A stretch of DNA of 31,612 nt. Source: Vampirovibrionaceae bacterium NZW_1234. GTDB lineage: Bacteria > Cyanobacteriota > Vampirovibrionia > Vampirovibrionales > JAGQHJ01. A program made the position numbers and the translations under genes. Positions 26,154-31,612 of this stretch are shown here, piece after piece (within the stretch, counting starts at the first letter, position 1; each line of letters starts with the position of its first letter). A model generated the notes under the pieces. It made no database searches. It saw only the letters and a list, made by a program, of their open reading frames with translations, and was not told the origin of the DNA. The stretch lies in assembly GCA_041697335.1 (NCBI GenBank), contig JBGUGD010000027.1:1-31612 (forward strand). Reading direction: 5' to 3'.

Positions 26154-26195
26154 AAATTCTCACCCCAATTGCAATTAAAGGAATGGAATAGACTC

Positions 26196-26813
26196 ATGCG
26201 AGCCATTGTCGACATCAACGGAAAACAATACGAAGTGCAAGAAGGACGTTACGTCCAGATTGACAGCTTCGCCGCCCAGGAAAATGAAGAAGTTGTTTTG
26301 GGCAATGTCAGAATGATTATTGCCGGTGAAGATTCCCTCATTGGCGCTCCCTATATTGATGGCGCTGTGGTGAAGACCCGTGTTAAGCGCCATGGCCGCG
26401 GCCCCAAAGTCCTGGTTTACAAAATGCGTTGTAAAAAAGGCTACCGCCGCAAAAATGGTCATAGACAAGGATTTACCGAGCTTCAAGTCGAACTCCTCGA
26501 CTTTCCGGGGAAGGACGCCCTTGCCGCTAAGTACGGCACCGTAGAAGCTCCCGTCGAGAAAAAAGCCAAAAAAGCAAAAACAGAAGATGCTCCTGCTGGG
26601 GAAACCAAGCCCAAAAAAGCGCCCAAAGCCAAAGCGGAAACCGCTGACGCTACTGCAGAAGCTCCTAAGGCAAAAAAATCGAAAGCCAAACCGGCAAACG
26701 AAGAACCCAAAGCTGAAGCCCCTGTTGCAGAGGCAGCAGTTGCTGAGGAAACCAAGCCGGCAGAGGCCACAACACCCGATGCTGGTGAAACAGCAGCGGA
26801 TAGCGTAGAATAA
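26196..26813 (+). CDS. rplU: 50S ribosomal protein L21 with a ~100-aa Ala/Lys/Glu/Pro-rich tail
   Basis: MRAIVDINGKQYEV, IGAPYIDGAVV, GPKVLVYKM..KKGYRRKNGHRQ. Confidence 0.96.
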   Translation: MRAIVDINGKQYEVQEGRYVQIDSFAAQENEEVVLGNVRMIIAGEDSLIGAPYIDGAVVKTRVKRHGRGPKVLVYKMRCKKGYRRKNGHRQGFTELQVELLDFPGKDALAAKYGTVEAPVEKKAKKAKTEDAPAGETKPKKAPKAKAETADATAEAPKAKKSKAKPANEEPKAEAPVAEAAVAEETKPAEATTPDAGETAADSVE

Positions 26814-26842
26814 CCTGAGTATCGAGAGGAGATTACACCACC

Positions 26843-27100
26843 ATGGCACATAAGAAGGGTGTTGGCTCTACACGTAACGGCCGAGACAGTAATCCTAAGT
26901 ATTTGGGTGTTAAAAAATACGGTGGCGAACAGGTACGCACTGGCAACATCTTGGTCCGTCAGCGCGGCACCAAGTTTCACCCTGGGCTGAATGTCGGTAT
27001 CGGTAGCGATGATACCTTGTTTGCCCTGGTTGACGGTGTCGTTAAGTTTGAACGTTACCGTAAAACCAGTAAAAAAGTGAGTGTGATTGTGGCGAGCTAA
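26843..27100 (+). CDS. rpmA: 50S ribosomal protein L27
   Basis: [40 protein letters not shown]. Confidence 0.98.
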   Translation: MAHKKGVGSTRNGRDSNPKYLGVKKYGGEQVRTGNILVRQRGTKFHPGLNVGIGSDDTLFALVDGVVKFERYRKTSKKVSVIVAS

Positions 27101-27570
27101 TCGCCTGTCATTCGCTTAAATCCAAATTTACAAGCACCGCCCTCAGATCTGCTTTGCAGCTTTGAGGGTTTTGCTTTTAGCTTCTGTAGGTATGGCTTGA
27201 TTAGGGAAGGCACTATCCGATGTTTATGCCGACTTTCCTCCCAATCATGCTCGACTTGTTGGTGGCACTGATAACAGAACTGCCCCATTCGATTAATGGC
27301 CCAGATTTCACGACGGCACATGGCACACGTGCTGCGCACCAGGGCATACATTTTACTGAGCGTGCCAAACTTAAACATGTTCCGTAACGTCATTTCCGAA
27401 ACGCCAAAGGCTTCGGACAGATCGGCCAGGGAGATGCCGGGATTGGTCAGTACGTGATTATAAATTTCCTGGGCAAGATTGTGTTCCTCTTGCTGACAAT
27501 CGGAACACAGCGTGATTTTTGCATCTTTCGTGTAGAGGTTATGACATTTAGGGCAATTTGCCAAGGACAT
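27097..27570 (-). CDS. YvyF-like flagellar-operon zinc-ribbon/HTH protein
   Basis: LANCPKC...[27 protein letters not shown]...CYQC. Confidence 0.75.
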   Translation of the reverse strand: MSLANCPKCHNLYTKDAKITLCSDCQQEEHNLAQEIYNHVLTNPGISLADLSEAFGVSEMTLRNMFKFGTLSKMYALVRSTCAMCRREIWAINRMGQFCYQCHQQVEHDWEESRHKHRIVPSLIKPYLQKLKAKPSKLQSRSEGGACKFGFKRMTGD

Positions 27571-27703
27571 CGAAAACTCCCTAAGAACCGAAGTTCATAC
27601 TCATGTACGTCAAGCAGGAGGATAATAATCCAGTGAACCCACTAAGCTCCGGCATCGTTCCCTATATCCACCGTTGGTTAGCCAAGTTATAGATCTGAGG
27701 AAA

Positions 27704-27730
27704 GTATCGACCAAGCCTTGGAAAACTTAA
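27704..27730 (-). promoter_or_regulatory. sigma-28 (FliA)-like promoter
   Basis: TTAAGTTT-N11-GTCGATAC upstream of the YvyF-like gene. Confidence 0.6.
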
Positions 27731-27821
27731 CCCCGCGGGCTTCAAACTCTCACGAGGCATCAGAAAATCCACCCGATAATCGAGGCAGCATTATCTGGGC
27801 TCTAAATTGCTACTGAGGGCA

Positions 27822-30131
27822 TCATTCTGTAATACATACAGCCTGAGGAAGCAAAGGAATAGAAAAACGAAACACAGAGCCTGAATCAAGCTGGCTTTCA
27901 ACAGCAACATGGCCCCCGTGAAGCTCTACAAGGCGTTTTGTCAGAGCCAATCCAAGCCCTGTCCCCTCTTGACGCCGAGTATAGGATGTATCTAATTGAA
28001 AAAACGGGGTAAATAGCTGAGACAATTTATCAGAGGCAATGCCGATTCCGGAATCGGCAACTTCCACCAGAAAGCATCGACCATCAGAGGAGGATGACAT
28101 TATAATGAGAACATGGCCCCCTGGGTGATTAAATTTGATGGCATTACTAACCAGATTCAGGAGAATCTGCTTGAGTCGGATGGGGTCAGCCCAGACTTTT
28201 TCAAGGCCAGGCGCCACGGAAACACGTAGATCCACCTGCTGTTGCTCAGCCTGTTGCATCATAATATTCAACAGCTCGGTTACCAGAGACTGAATTCTTA
28301 TCCACTCCGGTTGAAGAGACAGGGTTCCCGCCTCAACCTTGGCCACATCCAAAATGTCATTCACCATGTCCAGCAGGTGGTGTCCGCTATCGGCAATGTT
28401 ATGAATATATCGCTGGACTTTTTCAGGCGAACTGGCCAGCCCCTCCAGAATCAAATCCGAATACCCAATAATGGCGTTCAGCGGCGTGCGCAATTCATGG
28501 CTCATCATGGCCAGAAACTGGCTTTTTCGTTGATTGGCGAGTTCCGCTTCCTCCTTGGCTCGTTGCAAATACAACTCAATTTCTTTGCGATCGGTAATAT
28601 CTGCCACAATGCCTGAAATACGAACAGGCTGATTCTGTGCATTGCGAATAGCCCGCCCTCGAAGACTGCAGTAATTCATATGACCGGACGGCAATGGAAC
28701 CCGAAATTCAGGTTCAAATGGCGCATCATTCTCTAAATGCTTTTTCAGAGCCCGTTTAACCTGTTCCTGATCCTCCGGGTGAATATGGGCAAAAAACGAA
28801 TCCAACGACAGTAACGGCTCTTGCGACGCCATCCCCATCAATGACAACAAGCGGGCGTTGGCATGAATTTGATTGGTTTCCAGATTCAGATCCCAGATCC
28901 CGTCATTGGATCCTTCAACCACCAGGCGATAGCGCTCTTCAGTCGCTTGCGCCTGCACCTTGGCCTGCTGTTCCAGGTCATATAACTCTGCCTGATATAA
29001 CGCCATCCCCACATGAGGCTCTATCGCTCTTAATAAATCTTCTTCTTCAGGAGTCCAAATGCGCTCCGTATCACATGAGTGCAAGGTAATTGCCCCATGG
29101 GCCCGACCTCGATAATAGACCTCGGTGCCCAGCAACGATTTCACTCTGTGTGTCTCATAAAAACGGCCAAGCTCTCGCAAGAAAGTTTCTAAGTCATACG
29201 TATCTGACAATGAGGCAGGATAAATGGCGAACTCTTTCATCATCTTGCGCACCTTTTGGGCGTCATCAAAGCGCAATTCCGGGATATTAACCACTTTATG
29301 GTCTATTTGGGCATAGGGGACATTACGAGACAAAGCTAAAACAGCACTCAGAGGAGAATCTTCAGCATGCATAACGGGAATATCATCACTGACTCTGTAC
29401 TGCCCTACAATGTGCATCAACAACACATCGCCCTGACGTTGATAGCGGGTTATCACACACCGATCCGCTTGGGTGTATTCCCCCAAAAGCTCAGCCACTC
29501 GAGTCGATATCTCATGAATGTCCAATGACTGGTTGATCACTTCCATCATCTGGCGCAATAAGCGCTCCCGAGCCAGGGTTTTATTAAGAATCAGCTCGGC
29601 TGGGGAATTCAGTGTAGAAAAGGGCTGAGCAGAACCTTTTATCCTGATCCACCGAAGAACCGCATCCAAGGATAACGTCACCTTCGACTCATCTTGATTC
29701 AGGTCGCAGAAGAGCATTCCTGCTTTCAAAACAGCCTTGGCATCAGATTCATCAACATCTTTCCCACCAATAACAATGAATGGTATTTGGGGGTAGTTGT
29801 TTTGCAGGGTTGACCAGGCTTCAAAACAGCTAATGGAAGCCACAGAGTAGGCTAAAAAGACCATATCCCACGGATGTATTTCCAAAGCTCGTTCAAAGTC
29901 CCTCGGAGAGCTTACACACTGATACTCAGGCCGATAGCCCAAGCGGATCAATACATCAGAAAGCTGTTGAGCCTGCTGCTCAGTGGTATCCAAAACCAGA
30001 AATTCAAGCGTGGGAGTCTCACTAGGAAGGGTTTGGACCGTAGACGTTTTTGCCCGGGTCGCATTTTTTTTACGCCCCGAATCGATAGCAAGCCGACTCG
30101 ACCGGCCTTCACGAGATGATCTGGGACTCAT
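27822..30131 (-). CDS. cytoplasmic sensor histidine kinase (pseudo-receiver, GAF, PAS, HisKA, HATPase)
   Basis: [61 protein letters not shown]...RIWTPEE; start uncertain (30131-30161). Confidence 0.93.
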   Translation of the reverse strand: MSPRSSREGRSSRLAIDSGRKKNATRAKTSTVQTLPSETPTLEFLVLDTTEQQAQQLSDVLIRLGYRPEYQCVSSPRDFERALEIHPWDMVFLAYSVASISCFEAWSTLQNNYPQIPFIVIGGKDVDESDAKAVLKAGMLFCDLNQDESKVTLSLDAVLRWIRIKGSAQPFSTLNSPAELILNKTLARERLLRQMMEVINQSLDIHEISTRVAELLGEYTQADRCVITRYQRQGDVLLMHIVGQYRVSDDIPVMHAEDSPLSAVLALSRNVPYAQIDHKVVNIPELRFDDAQKVRKMMKEFAIYPASLSDTYDLETFLRELGRFYETHRVKSLLGTEVYYRGRAHGAITLHSCDTERIWTPEEEDLLRAIEPHVGMALYQAELYDLEQQAKVQAQATEERYRLVVEGSNDGIWDLNLETNQIHANARLLSLMGMASQEPLLSLDSFFAHIHPEDQEQVKRALKKHLENDAPFEPEFRVPLPSGHMNYCSLRGRAIRNAQNQPVRISGIVADITDRKEIELYLQRAKEEAELANQRKSQFLAMMSHELRTPLNAIIGYSDLILEGLASSPEKVQRYIHNIADSGHHLLDMVNDILDVAKVEAGTLSLQPEWIRIQSLVTELLNIMMQQAEQQQVDLRVSVAPGLEKVWADPIRLKQILLNLVSNAIKFNHPGGHVLIIMSSSSDGRCFLVEVADSGIGIASDKLSQLFTPFFQLDTSYTRRQEGTGLGLALTKRLVELHGGHVAVESQLDSGSVFRFSIPLLPQAVCITE

Positions 30132-30469
30132 ACCATAACCCAATTCCGCCTGAAAGAGCAAAAATCTTCCTTAAAATCCTCATAGAGCAAGAGTGTTTTC
30201 CTGAGCAACGCTGTTAAGGTGCTTACATCATCGAGCTTGGCATGTAAGACCTATTAAGGCACTTTCTATTATTGACTTAGACACCTTGGTGAAGATACCC
30301 CCCGACTGGGCAATTTCTGGCCTAAAGTCCTGCCGCATCAAGGCCTATGAAGACGCAATTGAAACACATACCGGAAAACCCGCACAAAGACACACCGCAG
30401 TTCCCAATTCGGCCAATTAGTTTACCAATAAAGCCGTCTCCAGAAGCGCCCTTGTCAACTTCACGACCA

Positions 30470-30478
30470 TGCTATACT
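30470..30478 (+). promoter_or_regulatory. extended -10 promoter
   Basis: TG-C-TATACT about 40 nt before ATG 30518. Confidence 0.6.
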
Positions 30479-30517
30479 GGGGGCACCTTTTAGAAACGTG
30501 AGTGGAGGAGAGGCCGC

Positions 30518-31612
30518 ATGGTGAGTGTATTAATAATGAGTATCGTCGGGATACTCCTGGTTATTTCCATCGCGATCAGTGCAATCCGAAAAACCGCTAG
30601 TATACCTGGACCGTTTTTCGCCGTATCCCTGGCAGACTTGAAACCCATGGCCTGGATCATTGGGCTCATCTCCTTACTCTATGGCCTGGCTGGGTGGCAG
30701 CTTCAATTGAACATCGCTTCCGGATGGCCTTTTTTTCTCATCGGCTCGCTGCTACCTTGGACGCTCGATCGAATCGCCCTGACTCAAATTCCGAAGGGGA
30801 TTCTCTTATTCGCCCTTAGTCTGGCCATGTCATTTCTCTTTCGCTGGGAGCCCGGCATAACGGCGGACCTGGTGTCCTATATGTTTGGATTGACGGTTTA
30901 CAGTGTGACCCGACCTGCCTCTGAGTGGTTTCACAAATTGCCCACGCTCATCTGGCTTAGTGGACTTTATTGGGCCAAACTGAGTTTGCTAGACAGCGAC
31001 AGTGCCGTTTTTCTGAGCCTATTGGCTGGGGCAGTAGCCATCGGCTTGTTCTTTCAAACAACTGATTCCGTTGAATGCCCCTTGAAATCCAAGCCATGGA
31101 TGCGTTCCCTTGCCATGGCAATTATGGGGGGACTCGCATGGGCCGTCTTAAGCCAGCTGGTTCTTGTATCGCCAAGTTACACCTCTTGGGCCTGGCTTTT
31201 TGGTGCAGGCATTTTGACCGTACGTCTGCTTGATTCCCTTTTTACCTGCAATGATGCGAGTTCGACAGAACCCATGCTTCCCAGACAGTTGAGTGCTTTG
31301 GCTGTTATTGGCCTTGCCACTCTGGTGGCTTCCAGATTGTTTGGCACCTCGGGCTGGGTTGTTCTGGCCGCAGCAACCCTTTTCAGCAGAAACCCGTCCT
31401 TATGGATTCTCGCCAGCTTTTTCTGGCTTGGACGGGTGTTACTGCAATGCTACATTTACCAATACAACCCGAACATCACGGGGATTAACGTGATGCATCC
31501 CTACGCCAGCGCCGCATTATTCGGGGGCTTCATTTTGATGCTGGCATTGCCAGCCCTGGTTTCCTCAGCCCCGCGTCAAAATCTGATTCAACCGTTTTGG
31601 CTCGGTGGCTCC
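30518..31612 (+). CDS. polytopic membrane protein, truncated by the window end (absent from the ORF track)
   Basis: GGAGGAG RBS; 365 stop-free codons by hand translation, starting MVSVLIMSIVGILLVISIAISAI, with about 10 or more hydrophobic segments. Confidence 0.88.
   Translation, partial: MVSVLIMSIVGILLVISIAISAIRKTASIPGPFFAVSLADLKPMAWIIGLISLLYGLAGWQLQLNIASGWPFFLIGSLLPWTLDRIALTQIPKGILLFALSLAMSFLFRWEPGITADLVSYMFGLTVYSVTRPASEWFHKLPTLIWLSGLYWAKLSLLDSDSAVFLSLLAGAVAIGLFFQTTDSVECPLKSKPWMRSLAMAIMGGLAWAVLSQLVLVSPSYTSWAWLFGAGILTVRLLDSLFTCNDASSTEPMLPRQLSALAVIGLATLVASRLFGTSGWVVLAAATLFSRNPSLWILASFFWLGRVLLQCYIYQYNPNITGINVMHPYASAALFGGFILMLALPALVSSAPRQNLIQPFWLGGS

Noticed and set aside
26175..26980. Long antisense ORFs (224 aa and 165 aa) over rplU/rpmA, and similar shadow ORFs over acsA, 21207..21899 and other genes
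   Set aside because: Explained by codon bias or low complexity of the confidently identified genes on the opposite strand.

Overview
Bacterial chromosomal DNA of roughly 50% GC (estimated by eye). The ribosomal proteins L21/L27, a SigG-like ECF sigma factor, flagellum-associated genes (YcgR/PilZ-like, YvyF-like) and the lack of photosynthesis genes suggest a non-photosynthetic, flagellated relative of cyanobacteria (Vampirovibrionia/Melainabacteria). This placement is inferred, not proven. Layout: (i) 1-1162 is the right-hand end of a tRNA-Ile integration hotspot, with two nested 3' tRNA fragments enclosing a ~0.9 kb integrase-less mini-island that encodes two paralogous micro-proteins. (ii) 1.3-4.6 kb: SEL1 protein, GNAT, Gly-rich exported protein, DMT transporter. 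(iii) 4.7-9.2 kb: a dormancy/hypoxia-type stress cluster (2x CBS, eRF1-domain-like protein, USP, Hsp20, beta-CASP RNase) with a recurring upstream GGTAAT motif. (iv) 9.2-16.2 kb: a cluster of orphans and enzymes (C39-like peptidase, two alpha/beta-hydrolases) that lack classical signal peptides and share a disordered N-terminal leader ending in an [LVT]RF(Q)G-type motif. This is the best candidate for an undescribed export/effector signal. (v) Cupin, a candidate sRNA, matrixin, acetyl-CoA synthetase, a harpin-like protein and a CPBP protease. (vi) PilZ - ECF sigma - double-zinc-finger anti-sigma - Spy/CpxP-like genes. (vii) rplU-rpmA, a YvyF-like gene, a sensor kinase and a truncated polytopic membrane protein. 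All family calls come from motif recognition by eye; no searches were run.
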